From an uncultured Actinomycetota bacterium (lineage in GTDB: Bacteria; Actinomycetota; UBA4738), in assembly GCA_963781595.1 (NCBI GenBank), contig CAWAGG010000001.1, positions 22,775-86,774 on the forward strand: a DNA stretch of 64,000 nucleotides, written 5' to 3'. Numbering within the stretch: position 1 is the first letter of the stretch; every line of letters begins with the position of its first letter. Under the pieces are notes generated by a model. It saw only the letters and a program-made list of their open reading frames with translations, had not been told where the DNA came from and searched no databases. The translations under genes and the position numbers were made by a program. Positions 19,618 to 29,506 of the stretch are shown here, one piece after another.

Positions 19618-21222
19618 GTGAGCGAACCAGCCGAGATCGCGAAGCACGCGCCCGCTCACGACTGGGCGCCGCTGCGCCTGCGCGTCTTCCGCATGCTCTG
19701 GCTCGGGGTCCTTGCGAGCAACATCGGCCTGTGGATGCAGACGGTGGGCGCGCAGTGGCTCATGGTGAGCCTCCCTCACGCCGCGATCCTCGTCTCCCTC
19801 GTCCAGACGGCCGACATGCTGCCCGACATCCTGTTCGGAGCGGTTGGCGGGGTCCTCGCCGACATCTTCGACCGGCGGAGGCTGCTCATCGTCGTCCAGG
19901 CCTACATGGTCGTGAACGGGATCGCGCTCACGGTCCTGACGATCGCCGGGCATATGCCGCCGGCCTTGCTGCTCACGTTCACCTTCCTCCTCGGCGCGGG
20001 GTCCGTACTCACGAACCCCGCGTACCAGTCGCTGATCCCCGACATCGTCCCGCGAGATCAGCTGATCCAGGCCGCCACCCTCAGTTCCGTCGGGGTGAAC
20101 CTTTCGCGCGCGGTGGGTCCCGCGCTGGCAGGGATCCTCATCGCCCGAGCCGGTGTGCCGACCGTCTTCGCGCTGAGCGCGGCGATGTACCTCTTCTTCG
20201 GGATCGCGGTCGCCGTATGGCATCCGCCCGCACGGCAGGAGCTGTACAAGCCGGAGCCGTTCATCTCGGCACTGCGCGCCGGCGCCCGTTACGTTCGGTA
20301 TTCGCCCGTCACCCGCAGGATCCTGCTGCGCGCCGCCCTGTTCCTGGTGCCCGCGAGCGCCCTGTGGGCGCTGCTCCCCCTGATCGCGACGGAGCGCCTC
20401 GGCCTCGGCGCGGGAGGATACGGCGTCCTGCTGGCAGCCCTGGGCGTCGGGGCGGTGCTCGGGTCGTTCGTCCTGGGCAGCGTCAGGGACCGGATGTCGA
20501 ACAACCAGCTGATCGCGGTGGCCAGCGTCGTCTACGCCGGCGTCATGGCGGTCGTCGCACTGGTGCCGAACGCCGCGCTGGCGCTCGTGGTCCTGCTCGT
20601 CGCGGGCCTCGCGTGGATCGCGGTGATCTCCAGCGTGAACGCCACGCTCCAGCTGTTCCTGCCGCGGTGGGTGCGCGCGCGGGGGCTCTCGATCTACCTC
20701 ACCGTGCTCTTCGGAAGCCAAGCCATCGGCGCGGTCGTGTGGGGCGTCCTCGCAGACACCGCGCAGCTCGTCCCGACGCTCCTGATCGCCGCGGGGGCGT
20801 TGGTCGTGGCCGCGGCGACGATCCGGGCCTGGCCCCTCCATGAGACGACGGGGTGGGATCGCTCCATCGCCGCAGCCTGGCCGCAGCCGCAGCTCGTCGT
20901 CGATACCGATCCTCAGGGCGGGCCGGTGGTGGTTCGCGTCATCTACACCGTGGCCCCCGAGCACGAAGAGGCGTTCCTCCGCGCGATGGCGGGACTCCGG
21001 CTGTCGCGGCTGCGGACCGGCGCCACGCAATGGGGGCTGTTCCGCGACGGGGAGGTGGCCCGTCGATTCGTGGAGCTCTTCGTCACTTCCTCCTGGGACG
21101 AGCACCTGCGCCAGCACCAGGGTCGGCTGACCGGGACCGACCGCGAGATCGACGCAGCGGCGAAGGTGCTCTCCGACCCACCCGCGGAGACGTCGCACTG
21201 GATCGCGACTGAGGTCGAGTGA
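19618..21222 (+). CDS. MFS transporter with soluble C-terminal domain
   Basis: ~12 hydrophobic segments, GGVLADIFDRRRLL motif A, C-terminal SWDEHLRQHQGR. Confidence 0.9.
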   Translation: MSEPAEIAKHAPAHDWAPLRLRVFRMLWLGVLASNIGLWMQTVGAQWLMVSLPHAAILVSLVQTADMLPDILFGAVGGVLADIFDRRRLLIVVQAYMVVNGIALTVLTIAGHMPPALLLTFTFLLGAGSVLTNPAYQSLIPDIVPRDQLIQAATLSSVGVNLSRAVGPALAGILIARAGVPTVFALSAAMYLFFGIAVAVWHPPARQELYKPEPFISALRAGARYVRYSPVTRRILLRAALFLVPASALWALLPLIATERLGLGAGGYGVLLAALGVGAVLGSFVLGSVRDRMSNNQLIAVASVVYAGVMAVVALVPNAALALVVLLVAGLAWIAVISSVNATLQLFLPRWVRARGLSIYLTVLFGSQAIGAVVWGVLADTAQLVPTLLIAAGALVVAAATIRAWPLHETTGWDRSIAAAWPQPQLVVDTDPQGGPVVVRVIYTVAPEHEEAFLRAMAGLRLSRLRTGATQWGLFRDGEVARRFVELFVTSSWDEHLRQHQGRLTGTDREIDAAAKVLSDPPAETSHWIATEVE

Positions 21223-21370
21223 AGGAGCGATCCGGCGTTCGGAGAACGCGCATCGGCGGGCAGAGATCACCCGGCGGGTCGCACAGGGAGATCCCAAGAC
21301 GCGAGCGATCCCTGGGCTGGGTTCCCCTTGTCCTTCCGGGCTGACGGGTCGCCCTGTGCTCACCGGCGCG

Positions 21371-21400
21371 TTGACAGGCAAGTCGTCACTTGCTTATGAT
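21371..21400 (+). promoter_or_regulatory. Sigma70-type promoter with internal operator for the ArsR-VOC pair
   Basis: TTGACA-N18-TATGAT with inverted repeat GCAAGT-cgtc-ACTTGC (21378-21393) in the spacer; GTG 7 nt downstream. Confidence 0.75.
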
Positions 21401-21407
21401 CCGCGCT

Positions 21408-21695
21408 GTGGGTGACCTGTTCAAGGCGCTCGCCGATCCGACGAGGAGGGCGATCCTGGACGAGCTCATCGAACGCAACGGCCAGACGCTCTTCGAGATC
21501 TGCACCCGCCTTGCGATGAAGCACGGCCTCACCTCCTCCCGGCAGGCGATCTCGCAGCACCTCGAGGTGCTCGAGGAGGCGGGGCTCGTCACCACCCAGC
21601 GACAAGGCCGGTACAAGTTCCACCACCTCGACACCTCGCCGCTGCGCGAGATCGTCGAGCGGTGGCCGACCGAGAGGAAGGGGACACGGCCGTGA
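21408..21695 (+). CDS. ArsR/SmtB family regulator
   Basis: FKALADPTRRAIL...SRQAISQHLEVLEEAGLV. Confidence 0.92.
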   Translation: MGDLFKALADPTRRAILDELIERNGQTLFEICTRLAMKHGLTSSRQAISQHLEVLEEAGLVTTQRQGRYKFHHLDTSPLREIVERWPTERKGTRP

Positions 21696-22078
21696 GGATC
21701 AACCTGGCAAGCGTGTTCGTGGACGACCAGGACAAGGCCCTCCGGTTCTATACCGAGGTGCTCGGATTCCAGAAGAAGACCGAGATCCCCATGGGCGAGC
21801 ACCGATGGCTCACCGTCGTCTCGCCGGACGCCCCCGAGGGACCGGAGCTCGTCCTCGAGCCGGACGACCACCCGGCGGTGGGCCCTTTCAAGGAGGCGCT
21901 CGCCCGAGACGGGATCCCGTTCACCTCGTTCGCGGTGGCCGACGTTCAGGCCGAGTACGAGCGCCTGCTAGCGCTCGGCGTCCGGTTCACGCAGGAGCCA
22001 GCACAGATGGGTCCGGTGATGACCGCGGTCATCGACGACACCTGCGGAAACCTCATCCAGCTCGCCTCCCACGAGTGA
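21692..22078 (+). CDS. VOC/glyoxalase family protein
   Basis: VFVDDQDKALRFYTEVLGF...DDTCGNLIQL; GTGA overlap. Confidence 0.92.
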   Translation: MRINLASVFVDDQDKALRFYTEVLGFQKKTEIPMGEHRWLTVVSPDAPEGPELVLEPDDHPAVGPFKEALARDGIPFTSFAVADVQAEYERLLALGVRFTQEPAQMGPVMTAVIDDTCGNLIQLASHE

Positions 22079-22179
22079 GCCCGACCATCCGGACTCGGGG
22101 TCAGGCGCTCTCGACACGTCCGTTCGAAGCAGCGTGTGCTGCTTCGAAGGATCGTCGTGCTCGGACCTGGGCACACGCT

Positions 22180-23301
22180 TCAGGGAGCGAGCTCGCACTC
22201 CAGGAATCGCGCGAGTCGCCGCGACTCGGCCGCAAGCTGCCGGCCCGCCCAGGCGGGTAACGGATCGAACGGTTCGAGCTCGACCGTCAGGCGCCGGCCG
22301 CCGACCGTGTGGCGCCAGACGCCGACGACGCGGCCGTTCACCAGGATCACCGGCGAGACTCAGCCCTGCTGGCGGAAGACTCGCCCGACGCGCTGCGGAT
22401 CGATCATCGGCTCGCGGCGAGCCATGGCGATGACCCAGGGGTCGAACGCCGGGAGCAGCCGCGCCACGTTGCGCGGTCTCGCGGCGGCCAGCCCGGGCAG
22501 GTCCGCGGCGAGAGCCAACGTGGGCTGACCGTCACGGCCGCCGTCGACGTCGATCTGGACGACCTCGTCGCCCAACGCCTCCAGCATCGGGGCGATCCGC
22601 CGGCCCGACTTCGATTCCACCCACCAGTGCCCCAGGTCTCCCGGAGTGGCCGGGCCGTAGGCGTGGAGGAACCGACGGCCGACCTCGGCCTGGGCGTCCG
22701 CGGTCGCGGGCCGGTCGAGCGGGTGCCCGACCCAGCTCGCCGGAGAGGTGAACCGCACCTGCGTCCCCTCGCTCGGCGCGAAGCAGACGAGCCCCTCGAA
22801 GGTCGCGGCCTTCAGCGCCCACCCCCAGCTCGAGCGCAGCCACTCCGCGTGCTCCGGCGAACCTGTCAGCCGCCCGACCTCGTCGGCGAGCTCCTGCCGG
22901 GTCAGCTCCCGGCCGTCGAGCGCGCGGGCGACCGCTCCGGTGATCGCGTCGATGTCGGCGCGGTCGGCCGTTCCCCAGCCCCTCGGGAGCGTGCCGAAGG
23001 CGGCCAGCCACATGCCCAGCTCCGCGGCGGGGAGCAGGTGCAACGTGCCGCGCATCGCCCACATCTTGACCAGCGAACGGTGCGTCCACAGCGCCTCGCG
23101 AACGGCATCGCGCGGCAGGCCGTCGATGCGCGCCCACAGGCTCAGTTCGGCCGACGAGAGCACCTGCGCGTGGAGGCCGCCGATCTCCCCGGTGACCCGG
23201 ACCAAGTCGGCCGGCGCGGCGCGTTCGACCAGGTGATGGCGTTCCATCCGCCACGCCAGCGCCCCTCGCCAGGAGACGCGGACCCCGTCGCGCACCGGCA
23301 T
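22180..23301 (-). pseudogene. AlkZ-like (HTH_42) DNA glycosylase with in-frame TGA
   Basis: GLHAQ, WAMRGTLH, FLHAYGPAT, LLPAFD; TGA at 22360-22362 where the paralogue has Trp; frame continues VSPVILVNGRVVGVW to a stop at 22180. Confidence 0.8.
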
Positions 23302-23366
23302 CCCGTGCCTCCGAGCGCGCGGCGATGCGCGGCCTCGAGCCCCGCCTGGGGGAACGCGGCCCCGCA

Positions 23367-24398
23367 TCAACCCGCGAGGAACGCTTCCAGGCGTTCCGCT
23401 TCGTCCTGGAGCTCACCTCGGACCGAGCGCGGCAGCGGCGAGAACGGGTCGAGCACGACGCGGCGGTCCTCCGCGCGCCATGTGCCCGCCACCAGCCCGT
23501 CGACCAGGAACGTCTGCGCCACGTCGCCGTTCGTGCCGATGACTCGCTTCCGGTACTCCTCCGGGAGCACGCGTGTCCGGTCGGCGAACGCGAGCAGCAC
23601 GTTGTCCCACTTCGGCAGGAACCGGACCGGCACGGGCGTCTCGGCGTCCGGCCGCGGCGAGCCCGGGACGTCGAGCAGCTCGCGTCCCTGTTCGTCGCGG
23701 AACCGGATCAGCGGCTCGAGCCGATCGAGGGCCCGGCGGATCTCCGGCACGTGCATCATGCTCCATGCGACGATGTCGCGGCGTGACGCCGGTCCGAAGG
23801 CGGCCAGGTATCGACGCAGGATCTGCGCTCGCGCGTCCGTCGGGTCGTGTGCGTCCGGCTCCGGGATGGCGACGAATCGGCCCTCGGGACGCGCGCGCCA
23901 GAGCGCCGACTCGTGGTGGTGCAGGACGTGCGCGCGCACCCGCGCGCCGCGCCAGGCGAGGCGTGCCTCCCGACCCGTGAGCCCGTGCTCCCGCTCCAGA
24001 TAGGCGAGCGCTTCCTCGTGGGTGACGGGACCGGTCGCGGCGAAGGCTCGCACCGACGACGCGAGGCGCCGCGCGACGGCCGACTGGTCCGGGTAGTTCG
24101 TCTCGCTCAGCGCGGCCCTGAGCAGCGCGTAGTCGCGCCGCGTGACGAGGTGCAACGTCATCCGCATCACGGTCGCCTTCACGACGGAGGCCCCGGCGAG
24201 CTCGCGCTCGAGCGCCTCGCGCCGGAAGCTCGTCGTGCGCGTCCAGATGCCGACGTAGGGGGCCGGCGGCCACTGCGCCTGCATGCCGACGAGACGCTCG
24301 ATCACGGACGTCGGCGAGCGCCGCTTGCGTTCGAGCAGGAGCTGACGGGTCAGCGTCGCGCGGTTCAGCTCGCGCAGCGTGAGAACGCGCTCGGTCAC
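23367..24398 (-). CDS. AlkZ-like (HTH_42) DNA glycosylase
   Basis: LNRATLTRQLLL, GMQAQ, MRMTLH, YLAAFGPAS, FLPKWDN, LVDGLVAGTW. Confidence 0.88.
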   Translation of the reverse strand: MTERVLTLRELNRATLTRQLLLERKRRSPTSVIERLVGMQAQWPPAPYVGIWTRTTSFRREALERELAGASVVKATVMRMTLHLVTRRDYALLRAALSETNYPDQSAVARRLASSVRAFAATGPVTHEEALAYLEREHGLTGREARLAWRGARVRAHVLHHHESALWRARPEGRFVAIPEPDAHDPTDARAQILRRYLAAFGPASRRDIVAWSMMHVPEIRRALDRLEPLIRFRDEQGRELLDVPGSPRPDAETPVPVRFLPKWDNVLLAFADRTRVLPEEYRKRVIGTNGDVAQTFLVDGLVAGTWRAEDRRVVLDPFSPLPRSVRGELQDEAERLEAFLAG

Positions 24399-24469
24399 GC
24401 GCCTACGCTATACAACTGACCGTGCGACGTTCGGAAGGGTCGATGCCGCTGACCGGACCAACGGTCCCG

Positions 24470-24946
24470 TCAGCGGAACCTCGCGGGCGGCGGATCGCCG
24501 ATCGCCGGGGGATGCCGGACCATCTCGTTGATGCAGACGTAGGCGTGCACCCACCACTCGTCGGACTCCTCGTCGATCTCGCCCTCGCCAACGACGAAGC
24601 TCGTGTTCAGCCAGCGGTAGTTCTCATGGGCGCTCAGCAGCTCCACCCGCGCGAGGATGGCTCGGCGCGCGCCGACCGCGACGTCCTCCTCCACGCTCTG
24701 CCCGTGGATGGAGATGAGGATCTCGCCGCCGTCCTCGGCCCTGATCACGCCCCGGAGGTTGGGCGTCCACACGCCGTCCTCTCGCCTGCGGGGATAGTTC
24801 GCCCAACGGAGGCTCCCTCTGAGCAGCTCTCCCGAAACCGTCCCTTCGCCCGAGCCGAAGCCGGCGGCCTCCGCCGATCCGAAGGGACGGACCCACACTC
24901 CCTCGGCGTATCGCATCGACAGATGGCACAGCGGCTCGAGTCGCAT
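24470..24946 (-). CDS. DUF3237-like beta-barrel protein
   Basis: GEGTVSG..LRG, N.PRRREDG, YRWLNT. Confidence 0.6.
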   Translation of the reverse strand: MRLEPLCHLSMRYAEGVWVRPFGSAEAAGFGSGEGTVSGELLRGSLRWANYPRRREDGVWTPNLRGVIRAEDGGEILISIHGQSVEEDVAVGARRAILARVELLSAHENYRWLNTSFVVGEGEIDEESDEWWVHAYVCINEMVRHPPAIGDPPPARFR

Positions 24947-25132
24947 CGTTCCTTCCGCAGGCGGTCAACCGGCGCGCGAGCGTCCGTACCCGCAGTCTAA
25001 GCTCGCCTCCCGGTCCTCAGCGGATCAGGTCGGCTCCCGACCGCCGTCGGCATCGTTCCGATCGCTTGCTCCCGTCGAGGTCTAGAGTCGGTCGCGGCTC
25101 GAACGGTCTGCAGTACGGACCTCGGAGGACTC

Positions 25133-25912
25133 ATGGATCTGGGTCTGCGCGGCAAGGTCGCGCTCGTCGCCGCGTCGAGCAAGGGCCTCGGCAAGGCGGC
25201 GGCGCTCGCCCTCGCGCAGGAGGGTGCGCCGGTCACGATCTGTGCGCGGACCGAAGCGGACCTCGCGGCGGCGGCCGACGAGATCCGCGGCACGACGCAC
25301 GCCGATGTCCTCGCCGTCCCCGCCGACCTCACGACCGCAGAGGGCATCCAGGGAGTCGTTACCGCCACCGTCGAGCATTTCGGCGGCGTCGACATCCTCG
25401 TCGACAGCTCCGGCGGCCCGCCGCCGGGTCGGTTCGACGACCTCACGGACGACGATTGGCGCCATGCGTTCGAGATCGTCACGATGAACTTCGTCCGCTT
25501 CGTCCGCGAGGTCGTCCCGCACATGCGTGAGAAGCGATGGGGCCGCATCATCGGGATCCAGTCGAGCTCCGTGAAGGAGCCGGTCGCGAACCTCGACCTG
25601 TCGAACGGGGTCCGACCGGGCGTCGCCGGGCTGATGAAGGCGATCATGCCCGACCTGGCGAAGGACGGCATCACGATCAACCTCGTGCTGCCGGGCATCT
25701 TCCTCACCGACCGGATCCGGCACGGTTTCGGCCCGAACGCACCGGACGACGAGACGATCGAGAGGTTCGTCGGCGCGACGGTACCGATCGGCCGCCTCGG
25801 CGAGCCAGAGGAGCTCGGCCACCTCGTGGCCTTCCTGGCGTCGGCTCAGGCCGCCTACATCACCGGCGCCGTGTACCAGATCGACGGCGGTCTCATCAGA
25901 TCCAACATCTAG
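25133..25912 (+). CDS. SDR family oxidoreductase
   Basis: ALVAASSKGLG, SGGPPPG, SNGVR, AYITG..QIDGG; RBS GGAGG. Confidence 0.92.
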   Translation: MDLGLRGKVALVAASSKGLGKAAALALAQEGAPVTICARTEADLAAAADEIRGTTHADVLAVPADLTTAEGIQGVVTATVEHFGGVDILVDSSGGPPPGRFDDLTDDDWRHAFEIVTMNFVRFVREVVPHMREKRWGRIIGIQSSSVKEPVANLDLSNGVRPGVAGLMKAIMPDLAKDGITINLVLPGIFLTDRIRHGFGPNAPDDETIERFVGATVPIGRLGEPEELGHLVAFLASAQAAYITGAVYQIDGGLIRSNI

Positions 25913-25929
25913 GCGATCCCGAACGGAGG

Positions 25930-27051
25930 CTACGCGGAGCTGATCTCGACGGTCAGTTCGCGGTCGAGGATCGCCGAGAGGCGGGCCATCTCATCGTTCA
26001 GCGCTCTCTTCGGTACGGTGCCCGTCTCCGGGAACCACCCCACCCGGACGCGGTCGCCGTCCAGGTCCCAGGTGCCGCGGACGACACCGCCCGCCACCAC
26101 GACGGGCGAGATCCATCCGCTCTGCTTGCTCACCGTGGCCCGCCTCCCGGACGGCACGACGTTGCCGTCCCCCGTTCCGGGCCCCATGACGTACTGGTCG
26201 AAGCCGGGGAGCAGCCGCACCGCCCGCGTCGGGCGCGTCGAGGCCAACCCGTCCAGGTCCTCCGCGCGCACGAACGCGGGCTCACCGCCGACCTCCACCT
26301 CCGCCATCCGGTCGCCGAGAGCGTCGAACCAGGTTCGGAGCTGCCGCTTGCCGAACCACCCGCCCGCCAGCCACGTCCCGAACGCCTCGATCGTCGCCGG
26401 GCCGTACGCGCCGAAGTACGCGGCGATCGCCCTGGGCGCCGCCTCGTCGGGGTCCGGGACGCCGGCCCAGCGCGAGCTGGCTGCCTCCGGTCGCATGAAC
26501 GTGGCTCGCGACCCGCGGCTCGGTCCGAAGCAGATGTCCCCCTGCCACGCGAGCGGCTTCAGCAGCGTTCCCCAGCCCGACCGGAGGGCGTCGCCGACGT
26601 GTCCCAGCCCGCGACGTGCGGTCACGGCGGTCACGAGTTCGTCCCGGGTGAGGACCGTGCCGTCGAGCGCTTCGCGCGCCGCCTCGCGCAAGAGCCCGAT
26701 CTGCGACGGGCTCACGCCGAAGTACCGCTGCCAGCTTGGCCGTTCCCACGAACGTCCCGAGGCCATCAGCGAGAGGAAGTCCCCACCCTCCTCGGGCGTG
26801 AGCAGATGCAGCGTGCCCCGCATCGCCCAGGTCTTGACGAGGCGGCCCTGCGAGAGCGCTCGGCCCATATCGCCGGGCCGCGACGCCGCGCGGCGGACGC
26901 GGATCGCGAGTTCGGCGGACGATGCGACCTGCGCCTGCACGCCGCAGAGGCGTCTGACGACGCCGACCACGGGCTGCGTCCGGATCGGGTCGAGCAGGTG
27001 GCGCTGCATCCGCCACGCGAGCGCCTGCTCCCAGCTGATCTTCGCGACCAC
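25930..27051 (-). CDS. AlkZ-like (HTH_42) DNA glycosylase
   Basis: GVQAQ, TWAMRGTLH, YFGAYGPAT, LLPGFDQY, GWISPVVV. Confidence 0.88.
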   Translation of the reverse strand: MVAKISWEQALAWRMQRHLLDPIRTQPVVGVVRRLCGVQAQVASSAELAIRVRRAASRPGDMGRALSQGRLVKTWAMRGTLHLLTPEEGGDFLSLMASGRSWERPSWQRYFGVSPSQIGLLREAAREALDGTVLTRDELVTAVTARRGLGHVGDALRSGWGTLLKPLAWQGDICFGPSRGSRATFMRPEAASSRWAGVPDPDEAAPRAIAAYFGAYGPATIEAFGTWLAGGWFGKRQLRTWFDALGDRMAEVEVGGEPAFVRAEDLDGLASTRPTRAVRLLPGFDQYVMGPGTGDGNVVPSGRRATVSKQSGWISPVVVAGGVVRGTWDLDGDRVRVGWFPETGTVPKRALNDEMARLSAILDRELTVEISSA

Positions 27052-27125
27052 GGGCGGCCAGCGTATCGCCCGGTCAGATGGTTCGGCAGCCCGTCCTCAC
27101 CCCTGTTGGGCGGCCGGCCCCCCTG

Positions 27126-27512
27126 TCACGACTCGAACAGCGTGAGCTGCAGACCGTCCTTCGCTCGAAACCGCTGGTTGCGGTCTCCCCAGGGCGTCAC
27201 GACGGGAGCGGCGAGCGGCACGGCGCCCGCCACGGTCACGGCCTCGGCCGCGTCCTGCAGCCGATCGACCCTCACCGCGATGCGCACGCGATCGTCGAGC
27301 CCACGACCGACCTCGATCTCGTCGACGATCCGTCCATGCTCCACGTCGGTCAGCTCGAGCGTGGCGACCGGAGCCTTCAGGATGACGCCCCTCCCACCGT
27401 CACCTTCGAGGTCCATCAGCACCTCGAGCCCGAACGTGTCTCGGAACAATCGAGCGACCGCCTCGTACTCGTCGGACACGAGGACGAAGCGGATCTCGTG
27501 GACCGGGATCAT
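27126..27512 (-). CDS. VOC family protein
   Basis: LFRDTFGL...PVVTPWGDRNQRF..DGLQLTLF; RBS GAGGAGG. Confidence 0.85.
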   Translation of the reverse strand: MIPVHEIRFVLVSDEYEAVARLFRDTFGLEVLMDLEGDGGRGVILKAPVATLELTDVEHGRIVDEIEVGRGLDDRVRIAVRVDRLQDAAEAVTVAGAVPLAAPVVTPWGDRNQRFRAKDGLQLTLFES

Positions 27513-27683
27513 CGATCACCTCCTCGGGCCTCCTCCGCGCCATGCGCGTTCGGTTGATAGCGAAGCACGACGACGCTCGACAGGAGCGACCGGGTCGTCG
27601 ACCGGCGACACCGTCGAGGCGTCGCTCGCCGGAACAGCTGGTCGCTCGGATCACCGGCCGAGCATCGACGCCGGTCTGTTACG

Positions 27684-28202
27684 GTGGCCGGCGTGGACGG
27701 GTCCGTGCTGGGGGATGCGTTCGGACATCATGTGTGGGCGACGCTCCGGTTGATCGACACGTGCCGGACCCTGAGCCCAGGACAGCTGGAGACCGCCGTC
27801 CTCGGGACCTACGGCTCGATCATCGCCACGATGCGCCACATCGTCGGCGCCGACTCCTGGTACCTGTTCGTCCTGAGCGGCGAGCGCACCCCGATGATCG
27901 AAGAGGAGGGGATGGACCTCGCGGAGCTCGCTCCGGCGATGGAGAGCAACGGCATCGCCTGGTCGCAGCTGCTCGCGCAGGACCTCAACCCGGACGCAGT
28001 CATCGTCGTCCGCAGGGATGACGGGTCCGAATACCAGGCGCCGATCGGCATCCGGCTCGCGCAGGCGCTGCACCATGGAACCGATCACCGGAGCCAGATC
28101 TGCACGGTCCTGACGACGCTCGGCGTCGAACCGCCTGCGATCGACGTCTGGGACTTCGCCGAAGGGAACGGCCGCGTGGGCGACGTTCAGCCCACGGCCT
28201 GA
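27684..28202 (+). CDS. DinB family protein
   Basis: HHVWAT, GSI..TMRHI, QALHHGTDHRSQI. Confidence 0.85.
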   Translation: MAGVDGSVLGDAFGHHVWATLRLIDTCRTLSPGQLETAVLGTYGSIIATMRHIVGADSWYLFVLSGERTPMIEEEGMDLAELAPAMESNGIAWSQLLAQDLNPDAVIVVRRDDGSEYQAPIGIRLAQALHHGTDHRSQICTVLTTLGVEPPAIDVWDFAEGNGRVGDVQPTA

Positions 28203-28236
28203 CGCGGTTCGGCCGCGCCGCGCTACCCCGCGACCT

Positions 28237-28737
28237 TCACTCCCACCGGTGATCGCCGGTCGCGCCGTCGATCAGCTCGCGCAGGATGTCCATATGCCCG
28301 GCGTGCCGTGCGGTCTCCTCGATCATGTGGATCAGCACCCAACGCATCGAGACCGGGTCGCCGAACCACGCGGTCCCGACGTCGTCGACGTCCAGTTCGT
28401 CGATCACCCGGTCGGCCGCGGCCCGGGCGCGGCCGTAGAACGCAACGATGTCCGCGGTGCTCTCGCTCGGCTCGACGCGGAGGTCGGCGTCAGGGTCGTC
28501 GACGTCGAACGGGAGCGGTTCGAACTCACGCCCGAACGTCTCGCAGAACCAACCGTATTCCACGGCTGCCAGGTGTTTGACCATGCCCAGCAGGCTCGTA
28601 CCCGAGGGCGTCATCGGCCGTCGCACCTGCTCATCGTCGAGACCCCCGAGCTTCCAGAGCACGACGTCACGGTGGCGGTCGAGGCTGACGTACAGGCTCT
28701 CCTTCTCGCCGCCGCGGAACGGAACGCGCTGTGGCAT
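28237..28737 (-). CDS. DinB family (DUF664) protein
   Basis: TPSGTSLLGMVKHL, HMIEETARHAGHMDILRELIDG. Confidence 0.9.
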   Translation of the reverse strand: MPQRVPFRGGEKESLYVSLDRHRDVVLWKLGGLDDEQVRRPMTPSGTSLLGMVKHLAAVEYGWFCETFGREFEPLPFDVDDPDADLRVEPSESTADIVAFYGRARAAADRVIDELDVDDVGTAWFGDPVSMRWVLIHMIEETARHAGHMDILRELIDGATGDHRWE

Positions 28738-28864
28738 CCGCGGACCGTAGCACTCGGCCCCGTACCCTGCCGCGACCCCGTTCATCGGGCTTGGGCCGAA
28801 GCGTCTCGACGCGAGGCGACGACTAAGCTCGAACCAGCCGAACGACCGATGCTGGGAGGTCGCG

Positions 28865-29506
28865 ATGGGTACGTTCCGGTTCCAGATGGCCATCTCGCTG
28901 GACGGGTACGTCGCCGGCCCCGACCAGAGCGAGGAGGACCCGCTCGGTGTCGGCGGTATGGACCTCCATCGGTGGGTCTTCGACCTCGCGGCGTGGCGCA
29001 GGCAGCAGGGCATGGAGGGTGGCGAGATCAACGCCAGCACGCCAGTGATCGAGGAGGCGCTGGCGAACGTCGGCGCGACCGTGATGGGACGGAACATGTT
29101 CGGTGGCGGGCCTGGCCCATGGCGCGAGGACCCCCCGTGGAACGGTTGGTGGGGCGACGATCCTCCCTACCACGTCCCGGTCTTCGTGCTCACCCATCAC
29201 CCCCGCGCGCCGCTGGAGATGAAGGGCGGCACGACGTTCGTCTTCGTGACCGACGGGATCCGGTCCGCGCTCGAGCAGGCGAAGCACGCCGCGGGCGACA
29301 GGGACGTGTCCCTCGGCGGCGGCGCGAACGCCGTCCAGCAGTACCTCGCGGCTGGGCTGATCGACGGGTTCGAACTCCACGTCGTCCCGATCGTGCTGGG
29401 TCGCGGCGAGCGGCCGCTCGAGAACGTGGGCGACCTCAGGGTCGAACAGGTCCGAGCGATCGAGGCGCCCGGCGTCACCCACATCAAGTACAGGGTCGTC
29501 AGGTAG
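28865..29506 (+). CDS. Dihydrofolate reductase / RibD C-terminal family protein
   Basis: ISLDGYVAG, VMGRNMF, PVFVLTH, GGANAVQQYLAAGLID. Confidence 0.9.
   Translation: MGTFRFQMAISLDGYVAGPDQSEEDPLGVGGMDLHRWVFDLAAWRRQQGMEGGEINASTPVIEEALANVGATVMGRNMFGGGPGPWREDPPWNGWWGDDPPYHVPVFVLTHHPRAPLEMKGGTTFVFVTDGIRSALEQAKHAAGDRDVSLGGGANAVQQYLAAGLIDGFELHVVPIVLGRGERPLENVGDLRVEQVRAIEAPGVTHIKYRVVR

Noticed and set aside
22300-22362. Selenocysteine or genome-wide TGA=Trp recoding
   Set aside because: The position aligns with Trp, not Cys; TGA is used as a normal stop and TGG for Trp throughout the window.
25537-27753. 738-aa plus-strand ORF and similar long antisense ORFs (40597..42912, 45826..48261, 59156..62629)
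   Set aside because: Shadows of well-supported genes on the opposite strand or frame; no motifs.
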